Notes: a model not told the origin generated them from the sequence alone. Shown: positions 29,971 to 40,149, numbered from the stretch's first letter. The stretch: DNA of 64,000 nucleotides from Candidatus Bathyarchaeota archaeon (GCA_963771885.1 CAVYVF010000022.1:160001-224000); one strand, 5' to 3'. Numbers and translations are program-made.

Positions 29971-30582
29971 ATGTGCCCCAACGCCACACATGAGGAACGC
30001 CAGAAAACACATAAACGTATACTAGAATCGGCCGAGGCGCTCTTCCTCAGAAACGGCATAACTCAGACATCGATGAACGACATAGTCACCGAGTCCGGCC
30101 TAAGCAAGGGGGCGCTCTACAACCACTTCGAAAGCAAGGAGGCGCTACTACTCGCCATACATGAGAGACAAGTTGAGAAGACGCTCGGACAACTCGTTGC
30201 ATCCTTCCCCGAAGACGCGACCCCCATCGAAAAACTGAGGATGCTCGGTGACCTTGTCTTCGCCTCAAGCGCCCATTTCCCGCGGGAGTTCCTCGCCATG
30301 AACATAGAGTTCTTCGTAGTCGCGTCAAGGACACCTTCCCTCGCCCCGGGGCTTGTGAGGCGGTACAGAGGCGTCCACGGCTTCATAAAGAGGATAATAG
30401 AGGAGGGAGTCGAGTCGGGCGCCTTCAGGGATGATGTCACCCCAGAGCATGTATCGGCGATCCTCTTCGCGACTGCGGATGGACTCAACCTCCACTACGC
30501 CACCGCCGGCGTTGACTTCGACTGGCGCCACACCGAAGGGGCGTTCCTCGACATCGTATTCAACGGCTTGCTAAGGAGGTGA
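29971..30582 (+). CDS. TetR/AcrR-family regulator
   Basis: TSMNDIVTESGLSKGALYNHFESKEAL. Confidence 0.95.
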   Translation: MCPNATHEERQKTHKRILESAEALFLRNGITQTSMNDIVTESGLSKGALYNHFESKEALLLAIHERQVEKTLGQLVASFPEDATPIEKLRMLGDLVFASSAHFPREFLAMNIEFFVVASRTPSLAPGLVRRYRGVHGFIKRIIEEGVESGAFRDDVTPEHVSAILFATADGLNLHYATAGVDFDWRHTEGAFLDIVFNGLLRR

Positions 30583-30586
30583 ATAC

Positions 30587-30721
30587 ATGGACTTCGAAAT
30601 GCGTCTATATTCGTTGGTCATCTGGCTTTCCGCAAGCAAGTCGTTCAGGTGGGTCGTAGCCGCGTACAAGCATGCTGAGGCGTGGTGGTGTACGAACCTT
30701 TTCCATTGTAAATCACATTGA
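30587..30721 (+). CDS. Putative 44-aa small protein, absent from the ORF track
   Basis: Perfect GGAGGTGA SD overlapping the TetR stop; MDFEMRLYSLVIWL...WWCTNLFHCKSH. Confidence 0.55.
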   Translation: MDFEMRLYSLVIWLSASKSFRWVVAAYKHAEAWWCTNLFHCKSH

Positions 30722-30757
30722 TACCACTTTTTAAACGGTGAGTGTATCGATCGGGTT

Positions 30758-31321
30758 ATGGTTACTAGTAATCAAGTTCTCGACGTAATCAAGAGGAGAC
30801 GCTCGTGGCGTGCTTTCGAGGCAAAACCTGTGCCGAGGAAGCTCTTACAGGAGGTTATCGACGCTGGTAACGAGGCGCCCAGCGGTATGAACAGACAGCC
30901 GTGGCGCTTCGTCGTCGTCGAGAGCGAGGCGATGAGGAGGAGGCTCTTCGACGCCGCCTACCCGAAATGGAGGAAGGTCTACGAGGACCTGATGAAGAAC
31001 CCAGCCTCCGCTAAGGACGCGGCGAAGTATGGCCTGATGGAGGACCCGGTCTACTACCGGGCCCCAGTCGTGGTCTTCGTTATTGGGCAGGGCGCTGTGA
31101 ACTGCGCCCTCTGCTGCGAGAACATGATGCTCTCCGCCGAGTCCCTCGGCCTCGGAAGCTGCTATGTCTACTTCGGCTCACTGATCAAGGATGACCCTGA
31201 GATCGTGGAGGTGTTGGAACTCGGGGAGAAGGACGAGATATACGGCCCCATCCTTCTGGGCTACCCGAAGGGGGAGCCCGAGGTGCCGCTGAAGAAGCCG
31301 GCGAAAGTGAAATGGGTCTAA
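30758..31321 (+). CDS. Nitroreductase family protein
   Basis: RRSWRAF, APSGMNRQPWRF, AESLGLGSC. Confidence 0.95.
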   Translation: MVTSNQVLDVIKRRRSWRAFEAKPVPRKLLQEVIDAGNEAPSGMNRQPWRFVVVESEAMRRRLFDAAYPKWRKVYEDLMKNPASAKDAAKYGLMEDPVYYRAPVVVFVIGQGAVNCALCCENMMLSAESLGLGSCYVYFGSLIKDDPEIVEVLELGEKDEIYGPILLGYPKGEPEVPLKKPAKVKWV

Positions 31322-31322
31322 T

Positions 31323-32927
31323 TTACCAGCCGAGCGCTTGTCCGTCGCCGCGTGGGTCGCTGCCCGCGGTTAGAGCGCCCGTCTTGTGGTTCCTGTAGAT
31401 TATCTGGCCTTTGCCGAAGATGATGCGGTTGGCTCCAGCGACGGGGATGACCTCGTGGCCCATGCGGGCTAGTGTCGCCATGGTGTCGACGGGTATCCCC
31501 TCCTCGAGACTGACCTTGCCGCCAGCCGTGCCGTCGAGTATGCAGAAGCGGGGCGCGTCGAGTGCATCCTGCGGCCCCATGCCGTAGTCTATCATATTCG
31601 AGACGACCTGTACGTGGCCTTGTGGCTGCATGAAACCGCCCATGACTCCAAATGGGGCGAAGAGGTCGCCGTTCCTCGTCATCATACCCGGGATTATGGT
31701 GTGGTAGGGACGCTTTCCGGGGCTGAGGACATTAGGGTGCTCCTTCTCTAGTCTGAAGCCCGAGCCCCTGTTCTGGAGTGTGAAGCCGCAGCCCCGGGGG
31801 ATGAGGCCGGTGCCGAAGCCGCTGTAGTTGCTGTTTATGAAGCTGCAGGCGTTGCCCCAGCGGTCGACTGTGCAGAGGTAGACGGTGTCACTGCCTGTGA
31901 CGGGTGAGCCGTGTACCCTGTCTAGGACGGCCTTGGCGGGGTTTATGTGCTGGCGCCTCTCCTCGGCGTAGCCCTTGGAGATGAGCTCATCGATGGGGAC
32001 GTGTGTGACGGATGGGTCGGCGACGTACCATCGGGTGTCGGCAAACGCCGTTCTCATAGCCTCGATGAGTAGGTGGAGCCTCTGCGGCGAATCGTAGGGG
32101 ACATTGCTGAACCTGAAGCCCTCGAGTATATTGAGTGCGATGAGCGCGGTGATGCCCTGACCGTTCGGGGGTATCTCCCAGACGTCGACGCCGCGGTAGT
32201 TGACGGTGATGGGCTCGTCGAAGGTCGACCTGTGGTTCTTGAGGTCATCGAGAGTCATCGTGCCCCCCTTTAACTGGATGAGTTCGACGATGGACTCGGC
32301 GACGCGGCCCTCGTAGAAGCCTGCCTTGCCGTGTTCGACGACCTCGCGCATGCTCCCGGCGAGGGTCGGGTTCCTCATGATCTCGCCTGCGCCTGGTGCC
32401 CTGCTGTTTATCAGCATCTCGTCTCCGTATGGGCCGGTTTTAAGAAGGGGTACACCCGCGGCCCATGCGCGTGCCGTGAGTGGCGAGACGGGGTATCCGC
32501 CCTCTGCGAGTTCGATGGCTGGAGTAAGCACGTCCTTTACGGTTAGTGTTCCGAACGTATCGATGGTGTCGACCCAGCCGGCGACGGCGCCTGGGACGGT
32601 TACTGTGTGGACGCCGTTCGAGGGCATCTTCGTGAAGCCCTCCGAGAGCAGCATCTCAGGGGTGAGACCTGCGGGTGCGCGCCCGCTGCCGTTCATTCCG
32701 AGGACGCGGCCCTTGGATGAGTCGTAGTAGAGTGCGAAGCAGTCCCCGCCCATACCGGTGCTGCATGGCTCGGTGACGTTTAGCGCGGCGGCGACGGCGA
32801 CTGCGGCGTCGGCGGCGTTACCGCCCTTCTGGAGTATGCGCATCCCGGCCTCGCTGGCTAGGGGCTGGCTGGAGGCGACGGCGCCCCGGATCCCGTAGAC
32901 GGGTGAGCGCCGCGAGTTGAACCACAT
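31323..32927 (-). CDS. ggt: Gamma-glutamyltransferase family
   Basis: GGNAADAAVA, DTVYL nucleophile, PGKRPYHTI, SDPRGDG. Confidence 0.95.
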   Translation of the reverse strand: MWFNSRRSPVYGIRGAVASSQPLASEAGMRILQKGGNAADAAVAVAAALNVTEPCSTGMGGDCFALYYDSSKGRVLGMNGSGRAPAGLTPEMLLSEGFTKMPSNGVHTVTVPGAVAGWVDTIDTFGTLTVKDVLTPAIELAEGGYPVSPLTARAWAAGVPLLKTGPYGDEMLINSRAPGAGEIMRNPTLAGSMREVVEHGKAGFYEGRVAESIVELIQLKGGTMTLDDLKNHRSTFDEPITVNYRGVDVWEIPPNGQGITALIALNILEGFRFSNVPYDSPQRLHLLIEAMRTAFADTRWYVADPSVTHVPIDELISKGYAEERRQHINPAKAVLDRVHGSPVTGSDTVYLCTVDRWGNACSFINSNYSGFGTGLIPRGCGFTLQNRGSGFRLEKEHPNVLSPGKRPYHTIIPGMMTRNGDLFAPFGVMGGFMQPQGHVQVVSNMIDYGMGPQDALDAPRFCILDGTAGGKVSLEEGIPVDTMATLARMGHEVIPVAGANRIIFGKGQIIYRNHKTGALTAGSDPRGDGQALGW

Positions 32928-32977
32928 CGCCACACCCATACAACGATCAGCAGAATAAGGTTAACCCTCAATCGCCG

Positions 32978-33568
32978 TCAGTAGTGCTTCTCTATCCCAC
33001 CAAAGCCAAACTGCCTGTTCTTCTCGGTCATCCTAAGGAAATGGTTTAGCCGCTTCTCGAACTCCGCCGGACGCTTCCTCGCGCCTTCGATGTAGGCTAC
33101 GCGGATTCTCCTATACTCAGGCGAGAATCTTTGGTAGTTCTCCCACGCCTTCTTATTCTCCTGTAGAGTCTTCAGGATATCAAAAGGTACGACATATTCC
33201 TCGTCCAGTATCCCCCCTATCTTCACCACCACTGACGGCATGACCTTACCCTGCTTGACGAGCGCCCTAAGCCGCTGTTTGTTGGCCTCGGAGTACTTAC
33301 TCCCCGGGTTCCGCGGGGTGAACCGTTGGGCGTAGGAGTATTCGTCAATCTTCTTGGCGGTGCTGTCAATCCAGCCAAAGCACAGCGCCTCCTCGACGGC
33401 GTCGTTGTAGAGGATGCGTGGTTTACCGCTCACCTTCTTGGGGTAGAGGAGCCAGACCTCCTTCTCCTTATCATGGTTCTCGGAAAGCCATTCCCGCCAC
33501 GCTTCCCTGTTCGCGAAGTATAGCTCGGTGCCCACGTACGTGTAGTAGCGATCATCGAGAATTAACAC
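32978..33568 (-). CDS. YdeI/OmpD-associated family protein (true start may be later)
   Basis: WREWLSENH, VEEALCFGWIDS, RFTPR. Confidence 0.9.
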   Translation of the reverse strand: MLILDDRYYTYVGTELYFANREAWREWLSENHDKEKEVWLLYPKKVSGKPRILYNDAVEEALCFGWIDSTAKKIDEYSYAQRFTPRNPGSKYSEANKQRLRALVKQGKVMPSVVVKIGGILDEEYVVPFDILKTLQENKKAWENYQRFSPEYRRIRVAYIEGARKRPAEFEKRLNHFLRMTEKNRQFGFGGIEKHY

Positions 33569-33629
33569 TGATCTGGCGTTCGCCTCGACAAGTTATATCC
33601 TCATCCGCCGAGTCTACTTCTGAGCATCA

Positions 33630-34790
33630 ATGAGTCAGACGAGGCAGTTCAGGGCGCCCGGGGTCATCAGCACGGGGCCTGGGGCGGCGAGGGAGGCCGG
33701 GGTGTACGCTAAGCAGCACGGTGGTAAGGCGCTCATAATCACGGACGCCAACTTGGAGAAGATTGGGTTACTCGCCGATGTGAAGGCGTCATTAGAAACT
33801 GCTGGTGTCAGCTACTCCGTATACGACCAAGTAGTGATGGAGCCCGTCGTCGAGTATGTGGATGATGGACTGCGCGCCCTCAAGGATGCGGAAGCGAACG
33901 TTGTAGTCGCCGTCGGCGGCGGAAGCCCGATTGACACCGGCAAGGCTGTCGCAGCGATGTCGCGCAACCCGGGGAGGATCAGCGAGTATATGGGCGCTGG
34001 AAAACTGGGACAGCCCTCGGTGCCCCTCATCGCCATACCAACGACAGCGGGGACGGGCAGCGAGGTCACCCCATTTACAATAATCACCGACCCAGCCACC
34101 GACGTCAAGATGCTAATAGCAAGCCCCCACCTCATCCCCTCAGTCGCCCTCGTCGATCCGCTGATGACGATGAAAATGCCCCGAAGCATCACCGCCGCGA
34201 CGGGTCTCGACGCCCTAACCCACGCTATAGAGGCTTACGTCTCAGTAAAGGCGCAACCACTCACAGACACGTTCGCCCTAAGCGCGATCCGCCTCATCTC
34301 CGCCAACCTACGCCGCGCCTACACCCAACCCGACGACCTCGAGGCAAGGAGCAACGTTTTAATGGGCGCCTTACAAGCGGGGCTCGCCTTCGCAAACTCC
34401 TCCGTGGCTCTCGTGCACGGAATGGCGCGCCCAATAGGGGCCTATTTCCACGTCGCCCACGGCATATCCAACGCCGTCCTACTCCCGACTGTCATCGAGT
34501 TCAGTGTTTCTGGCAACCCCCGCAGGTATGCGGACATAGCAGAAGCGATGGGGGAGCAGACTAGGGGACTCCATGTCAACAATGCTTCGGTAAAGACGGT
34601 CGAGGCGGTGAGGAGGCTTAACGCCGACCTCCAGATACCCACCTTAAGGGGTTTGAAGATAGATGAGGCGAAGTTCGACACCGTAGTTGGGAAGATGGCG
34701 GCGGATGCTATCGCCAGCGGGAGCCCCAGCAACAACCCCCGCAAGGCATCCCCCGAGGAGATAATCACCCTCTACCGTAAGGCGCTATAG
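33630..34790 (+). CDS. Iron-containing alcohol dehydrogenase
   Basis: GGGSPID, PTTAGTGSE, DALTHAIE. Confidence 0.95.
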   Translation: MSQTRQFRAPGVISTGPGAAREAGVYAKQHGGKALIITDANLEKIGLLADVKASLETAGVSYSVYDQVVMEPVVEYVDDGLRALKDAEANVVVAVGGGSPIDTGKAVAAMSRNPGRISEYMGAGKLGQPSVPLIAIPTTAGTGSEVTPFTIITDPATDVKMLIASPHLIPSVALVDPLMTMKMPRSITAATGLDALTHAIEAYVSVKAQPLTDTFALSAIRLISANLRRAYTQPDDLEARSNVLMGALQAGLAFANSSVALVHGMARPIGAYFHVAHGISNAVLLPTVIEFSVSGNPRRYADIAEAMGEQTRGLHVNNASVKTVEAVRRLNADLQIPTLRGLKIDEAKFDTVVGKMAADAIASGSPSNNPRKASPEEIITLYRKAL

Positions 34791-34835
34791 GTCACATTTC
34801 TTAAGCCCACGGTGCCCAACTCAGACCGATGCGAG

Positions 34836-36599
34836 ATGCCTGAGTGCGATCTCCTGATAAAGAACGCTAGGATCGTGGACGGTAGCGGCACCCCAGCCTT
34901 CAAAGGCGCCGTTGCTGTCGAGGGTGAGAGGATAAGCGCCGTCGGCAGGGTCGAGGGCGAGTTAAAAGTAGAGGCGAAGCAGGTCATCGACGCCAAGGGG
35001 CTCGTCGTCAGCCCCGGCTTCATCGACGCCCACAACCACGGCGACTGCAGCATACTCTACTATCCCAAGGCAGAGAGCTGGGTACACCAAGGCGTCACCA
35101 CCTTCGTCGGCGGCAACTGCGGAACCAGCCCCGGCCCATACGGGGATAGAATGGATGCTGCATACTTCCTCTTCGACATCTACAACGAGATAGCCCCTGA
35201 CATGTACTACGGGGAGCGCCTCCAGCCCATCGAGAAGATCAATGAACTCCACATGAAGAGGTACGGCTGGAAAATCGACTGGCGCACACTCGGCGAGTGG
35301 ATGAACTGCGTCGAAGCGAAGGGAACTGCGGCGAACGTCGCCCCTATCGCCGGCCATGGTGACATACGCTACCTCGTCATGGGCCTCGACTACCGACGAA
35401 AGGCGACAAAGAAGGAGGTCTCAGCCATGCAGGATCAAGTGGATAAGGCGATGCAGGAGGGCTGTGGAGGCATAAGCGTGGGCAGGGATTATAACCCCGG
35501 CTACTGGGCAGACCCCACAGAGTTAGTCGCCTGCGCCGAGGCTGCCGCCAAATATGGCGGCGTCTACACGAGTCACAGCCTGCGCACGGGACTCAGGGAA
35601 GACCGTCGCCCCGGTGATCCATCACCATCCAAGATGGGCGGCGTCCTCGAGGCGATCAACGTTGGCAGAAAAGCGAAGATAAGCGTCGAGATCAGCCACC
35701 TCAGCCCGCTCTATGATGTCTATCCTCCGGGGAGCAAGGATATGGCAGAGGCAAGTGCGATGGCCACACTCAAGGCGATAGACGACGCCCGCGACGAGGG
35801 CATAGACGTCAACTTCGACCTCATCCCCAACACAACGGGCGGCATCTACGCGATCCCCCACCTCGCTTCCACCCTTATGCCCTGGCTGAGGGTAGCAGGC
35901 AGCCTGAACCAGCTCGGTAAGGTACTGAGAATGCCCGCCCTCAGGGAGGAGATCAAGACGACCATCATGTCAGGCAAGTGGTACAACCTCAACCCCAACC
36001 TCACACCCACGTGGGCAATTGGTCCGACAGTCGCCGAGTGCAGGGAGAAAAAGTACATGGGCAAAACTATCGCCCAGATCGCCAAAGAGCAGAAGATCGG
36101 GGAACTCGACGCTCTCATGGACGTCCTCGCCGCTGACCCCCACACGAAGGCAAACATACAAGGTGGTGTCCCAGGTTACATGATGCTAGTCAAGCACCCC
36201 GCTGCCATGATAGGCATCGACACTTTCGGCGTCGACGACAAGTTCGAGATAAAGACGCCCCCCGGCATCCTGCCAAACGAGAACACCTACGGAGGCCACC
36301 CGCGGTACCTCCGCACCGCTGTAAGGGAGGCAAAGCTGCTGACGCTCGAGGAGGGTATACGGAAGATAACGAGCCTACCCGCCTCCAAATTCAAGCTAAA
36401 CGACCGCGGCGTCCTCAGAGAAGGCGCATACGCCGACCTCACCATCTTCGATCCCGACACAATCACCGACCGCGGCAACACGCTGAAGCCCCGCGTTTAC
36501 CCGAAGGGAATCGAGTACGTCGTCGTGAACGGCAAGCTCGTCATCTCTGGGGAGAGGCACACAGGCGCGACTCCAGGTAAGGTCCTCCGCCGGAAGTAA
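34836..36599 (+). CDS. N-acyl-D-amino-acid deacylase (D-aminoacylase) family
   Basis: PGFIDAHNHGD, GVTTFVGGNCG, GAYADLTIFDP. Confidence 0.92.
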   Translation: MPECDLLIKNARIVDGSGTPAFKGAVAVEGERISAVGRVEGELKVEAKQVIDAKGLVVSPGFIDAHNHGDCSILYYPKAESWVHQGVTTFVGGNCGTSPGPYGDRMDAAYFLFDIYNEIAPDMYYGERLQPIEKINELHMKRYGWKIDWRTLGEWMNCVEAKGTAANVAPIAGHGDIRYLVMGLDYRRKATKKEVSAMQDQVDKAMQEGCGGISVGRDYNPGYWADPTELVACAEAAAKYGGVYTSHSLRTGLREDRRPGDPSPSKMGGVLEAINVGRKAKISVEISHLSPLYDVYPPGSKDMAEASAMATLKAIDDARDEGIDVNFDLIPNTTGGIYAIPHLASTLMPWLRVAGSLNQLGKVLRMPALREEIKTTIMSGKWYNLNPNLTPTWAIGPTVAECREKKYMGKTIAQIAKEQKIGELDALMDVLAADPHTKANIQGGVPGYMMLVKHPAAMIGIDTFGVDDKFEIKTPPGILPNENTYGGHPRYLRTAVREAKLLTLEEGIRKITSLPASKFKLNDRGVLREGAYADLTIFDPDTITDRGNTLKPRVYPKGIEYVVVNGKLVISGERHTGATPGKVLRRK

Positions 36600-36660
36600 C
36601 TCCTATACTTGATACGCGCGCGCGGAATTCGCCCTTAGGTTCGGGAAATACAACAGAGGG

Positions 36661-36744
36661 ATGACAGTCTTCCTCAGCGTTGTCTTCCTACTCGCAGTTG
36701 GCCTCTTTGCCCTCGTCTTCAACCAGATAATCTCCGCCATATAG
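36661..36744 (+). CDS. Possible 27-aa single-TM microprotein
   Basis: MTVFLSVVFLLAVGLFALVFNQIISAI after AGAGGG; native C-ending codons. Confidence 0.4.
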   Translation: MTVFLSVVFLLAVGLFALVFNQIISAI

Positions 36745-36782
36745 GGGCAACCCCTTTAACCGAATCTCACGACGGATAAACT

Positions 36783-37196
36783 ATGAGAGTCCTCCAGTTA
36801 CATTGCAGCAGCTTCGGCTATGAGATAAAGAAGGAGACACCAGTAGCCGAGCAGCCCGCTGACCCCAAGAGCGAGACACTGGAAAACGTACTTGTCTGCC
36901 TCACGTGCTTCGAGAAACAGGACGAGACGCACATGGATGAGATCATGAATGCCTACATGGAGAACATCAAGGTTGACACTGGGCGAATCGGGACAAAACG
37001 CGTGCTCATACACCCCTATGCTCACCTTAGCAAGCAGTTGGGCTCCCCACGCCTCGCCAAGGAGTTCCTCAAGAAACTACAGGAGAAGCTTCTAGCCGAG
37101 GGCTTCGAAGCGCACAGGAGCCCGTTTGGATGGTACAAAAGCTTCACCCTCACAAATATTGGCCACCCCCTCGCCGAATCCTACCGCGAGTACTAG
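36783..37196 (+). CDS. Free-standing archaeal ThrRS editing domain (DTD-like fold)
   Basis: MRVLQLHC, PYAHLS, SPFGWYKSF, GHPLAE; no anticodon-binding domain. Confidence 0.92.
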   Translation: MRVLQLHCSSFGYEIKKETPVAEQPADPKSETLENVLVCLTCFEKQDETHMDEIMNAYMENIKVDTGRIGTKRVLIHPYAHLSKQLGSPRLAKEFLKKLQEKLLAEGFEAHRSPFGWYKSFTLTNIGHPLAESYREY

Positions 37197-37249
37197 CATC
37201 CATCCAAACGTTATCTAAATAATAAAAATCAACTAAGAAACGTGATTAC

Positions 37250-37367
37250 TTGAGAGGAAACCGACCTACGGGTGTAACGATTCTCGCCATCCTCCAGATC
37301 CTCGCGGGGCTAGTGTACGCATCGCGGGGGCGGGTATAGTATTCCTCGGCGGAACCCTTGCAGGCTA
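37250..37367 (+). pseudogene. Truncated membrane-protein fragment (RPTGVTILAIL type)
   Basis: RGNRPTGVTILAILQILAGLVY, then the frame breaks. Confidence 0.5.
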
Positions 37368-37517
37368 ATGCTTCATCTTCTGAAGTTACTCGTAGAGTTG
37401 CTTCTGGTACCCCGCCAGGGCGTCCATCTTCTTTGAGAGTTCATCAACTCGGGTCTAAAACGCTGTGACCCTCTCTGTCAGCGTCGCTTTCTTTGGCGGC
37501 TCAACGGGTTCTGACAA
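37365..37517 (-). pseudogene. Decayed ~50-aa coiled-coil protein with two in-frame stops
   Basis: MSEPVEPPKKATLTERVTAF*TRVDELSKKMDALAGYQKQLYE*LQKMKH*. Confidence 0.55.
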
Positions 37518-37568
37518 GTGGATCAATGAGAGGAAGGTTCAACAATCATTAAACTTTTTATGGAGGCT

Positions 37569-38963
37569 TCAACCCCAAATCTTGTCAGGGTTTAGAATGC
37601 CGTTGGGGTCGAAGACCCTCTTAATACCCTTCATCAACTCGACTTGCGTCTCGCCGACTTTCCTTACGAGGTACAGACGCTTCGTGTAGCCGAGACCGTG
37701 CTCACCACTAACTGTGCCACCCATGCTGAGGCCGAGGTCGATGAGGTCGGCTATGGATGCTTCGAGTGCCTCGTGCCATTCCTCATCGGTTCCGCCCAAG
37801 CGTATGATGTTGCAGTGGACATTTCCGTCCCCCGCGTGGCCCACTGGGACAATCTGGACGCCGTGCTTCGCCTCAACGCCCGCGAGTTCGTCTATAAAGT
37901 CGGGGACCCTGCTCCGAGGGACGCAGATGTCAGCCTCGTCGAGCTCGTAGAAGGTGTTGTAGGCGTCGTAGACGGCTTTTCGGCTCTCCCACATCTGGCG
38001 CTGCTTTTCTGCCGTGTCCGCGATGAAGGCGTCGACGGCGCCGTTCTCGATGCAGACCTCGCCAGCCGTCTCAATTTGGGTGCTAAGCTCGGATTCGCTG
38101 TTGGACTCCACGCCTACGATTAGGTAGGCGGGGTGAGTGTCGTCGGGGAGCTTGCGCTCGAGGTATCGCTCGACGGTCTCCACGGCGTGTTTACTCATGA
38201 GCTCGAGGGCGAATGGCTGCACTTTACGACGTATGATCTCGCTTACGGCCTTGGCGGCGTCGTGTGTCGACTCGAAGGGAGCATAGATGAGGGCGGTGTG
38301 CTTTGGCTTGGGCACTAGGCGGAGCGTCGCCTTCGTCACGACTCCGAGGGTACCCTCGGAGCCGATTAGGATGTCGAGTAGGCTGTAACCCGTTGTGTCC
38401 TTGACGACCTTGCCTCCCACGTTGATTATTTCACCGCTAGGGAGCACGACCTCTAGTGCCTGGACGTAGTCGCGCGTCGTGCCGTACTTGAGGGCGCGCA
38501 TTCCGCCGGCGTTCGTGTTTATGTTGCCGCCGATGCTGCCTGATTCTTGTCCAGGGTCAGGTGGATAGTAGAGGCCAACCTTCTCCACGGCCTTGTGGAC
38601 GTCTTCGACGAGTGCAGCCGGCTCAACGACTGCCATGAGATTCTCCTCATCGATCTCAAGGATCTTATTCATGCGCTCGAGACTGAGGGCGATGCCTCCG
38701 CGGATGGGATGGCTCGCGCCGGCGAGGCCCGTCCTGCTTCCCTGAGCGACGACTGGAATCAGTTTCTCGTTCGCCAGCCGCATAACCGCGGAGACCTCGG
38801 CGGCGCTACTCGGCTTGACAACGACCTCCGGAGGATGGGGCTCAAGTGGACTCTCGTCCACGCTAGCCTTCTCTATATCATCCTTGGAGAAAGAGACGTT
38901 CTTCGCGCCTACGATGAGTTCTAGAATGCGCTTGATGTCATCGTCGATGCTAGGGTGTACCAC
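37569..38963 (-). CDS. FAD-linked oxidase/dehydrogenase, GlcD/LctD type
   Basis: YPPDPG, GGNINTNAGG, GSEGTLG, GHAGDGNVH, SGEHGLG. Confidence 0.93.
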   Translation of the reverse strand: MVHPSIDDDIKRILELIVGAKNVSFSKDDIEKASVDESPLEPHPPEVVVKPSSAAEVSAVMRLANEKLIPVVAQGSRTGLAGASHPIRGGIALSLERMNKILEIDEENLMAVVEPAALVEDVHKAVEKVGLYYPPDPGQESGSIGGNINTNAGGMRALKYGTTRDYVQALEVVLPSGEIINVGGKVVKDTTGYSLLDILIGSEGTLGVVTKATLRLVPKPKHTALIYAPFESTHDAAKAVSEIIRRKVQPFALELMSKHAVETVERYLERKLPDDTHPAYLIVGVESNSESELSTQIETAGEVCIENGAVDAFIADTAEKQRQMWESRKAVYDAYNTFYELDEADICVPRSRVPDFIDELAGVEAKHGVQIVPVGHAGDGNVHCNIIRLGGTDEEWHEALEASIADLIDLGLSMGGTVSGEHGLGYTKRLYLVRKVGETQVELMKGIKRVFDPNGILNPDKIWG

Positions 38964-40149
38964 CGGCTTTGCTCTCCTTGATTCTCTCTATGAGGCGTGG
39001 AACAACCTCATAAAGGTCACCGACAGCGGCGAGGCTACTTATCCTGCAGATGGGGGCCTCCCGGTCCTTGTTTATAGCGATGATGACGTCACTCGTCTTC
39101 ATCCCAGCCTGATGCTGGACGGCTCCGCTAATACCACAGGCCAGGTAAAGCTTCGGGCGAACCGTCCTGCCGCTGAGGCCGACCTGGTGCCTGTACTCGA
39201 TCCAGCCCTCATCCACGGTCGGGCGGCTCGCACCGACTGCTCCACCGAGCGCTACAGCTAGCTGCTGAATTAGCTCGAAACCCTTGGGCTCCCCAAGCCC
39301 CTTCCCTCCTGAAACCACTACATCGGCGTCGACGATGCTGACCTGCTCTTTAGCGGCCTCGAAGCCGAGGACCTTGACGCGATCCTGTAGACTCGACGGA
39401 TCGACCGTCTTCTTGACCACCTCACCATAGTGCGCGGGGTCGATTTTTGCCTCGGTCATAACCTTGTATCGAACAGTAGCCATCTGTGGGCGACTGTTCT
39501 GCGTGTAGATGGTCGCCATGATGTTTCCGCCGTAGGCGGGGCGAGTCTGGAGCAAAACCTTCATCTGGGGATCGATGTCTAGGCTCGTGCAATCTGCGGT
39601 AAGCCCGGTCTTGAGCTTGGCGGCGACGCGTGGACCGAGTGTGCGCCCTATGCTTGTGGCGCCGATGAGGAATATGCTGGGCTTCAGCTCCCTCGTAGCT
39701 TCGGTGAGTATCTGGGCGAAGGGGTCGTCGCGGTAGGCAGCCAGACTCGGGTGGTCGTAGACGAGGACCTTATCGGCGCCGCGCTTGATGAGCTCTCCCG
39801 CGGCCTTGTCGAGCCCCTCGCCGATGATGACGGCGTAGACTGGCTCGCCGAGGGTCTCGGCTAGCTCTCGGCCCCTTCCAAGTAGCTCGTAGGCGACCGG
39901 GTGCACCGTACCTTCCCGCTGCTCGGCGTAGATGAGGACACCGCGCCAATCCTCCCAGGTCTGGGGACCCTCGCTCTTCTTGATTGTGATTGCCTTCACA
40001 GGGCAGACGGGCTCACAGGCACCGCATACGCGGCAAGCATCGCCGATCTGCGCCTTGTTCCCCACTATCGTGATTGCGCCAAATGGACAGGCGGACACGC
40101 ATACTCCGCAACCTGTGCAAGCGTCACCGACGTTCACTGGCTTACTCAT
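38950..40149 (-). CDS. etfA: ETF alpha subunit with an N-terminal 2x[4Fe-4S] domain
   Basis: CTGCGVCVSACP, CRVCGACEPVCP, GLTADCT, GISGAVQH. Confidence 0.95.
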   Translation of the reverse strand: MSKPVNVGDACTGCGVCVSACPFGAITIVGNKAQIGDACRVCGACEPVCPVKAITIKKSEGPQTWEDWRGVLIYAEQREGTVHPVAYELLGRGRELAETLGEPVYAVIIGEGLDKAAGELIKRGADKVLVYDHPSLAAYRDDPFAQILTEATRELKPSIFLIGATSIGRTLGPRVAAKLKTGLTADCTSLDIDPQMKVLLQTRPAYGGNIMATIYTQNSRPQMATVRYKVMTEAKIDPAHYGEVVKKTVDPSSLQDRVKVLGFEAAKEQVSIVDADVVVSGGKGLGEPKGFELIQQLAVALGGAVGASRPTVDEGWIEYRHQVGLSGRTVRPKLYLACGISGAVQHQAGMKTSDVIIAINKDREAPICRISSLAAVGDLYEVVPRLIERIKESKAGGTP

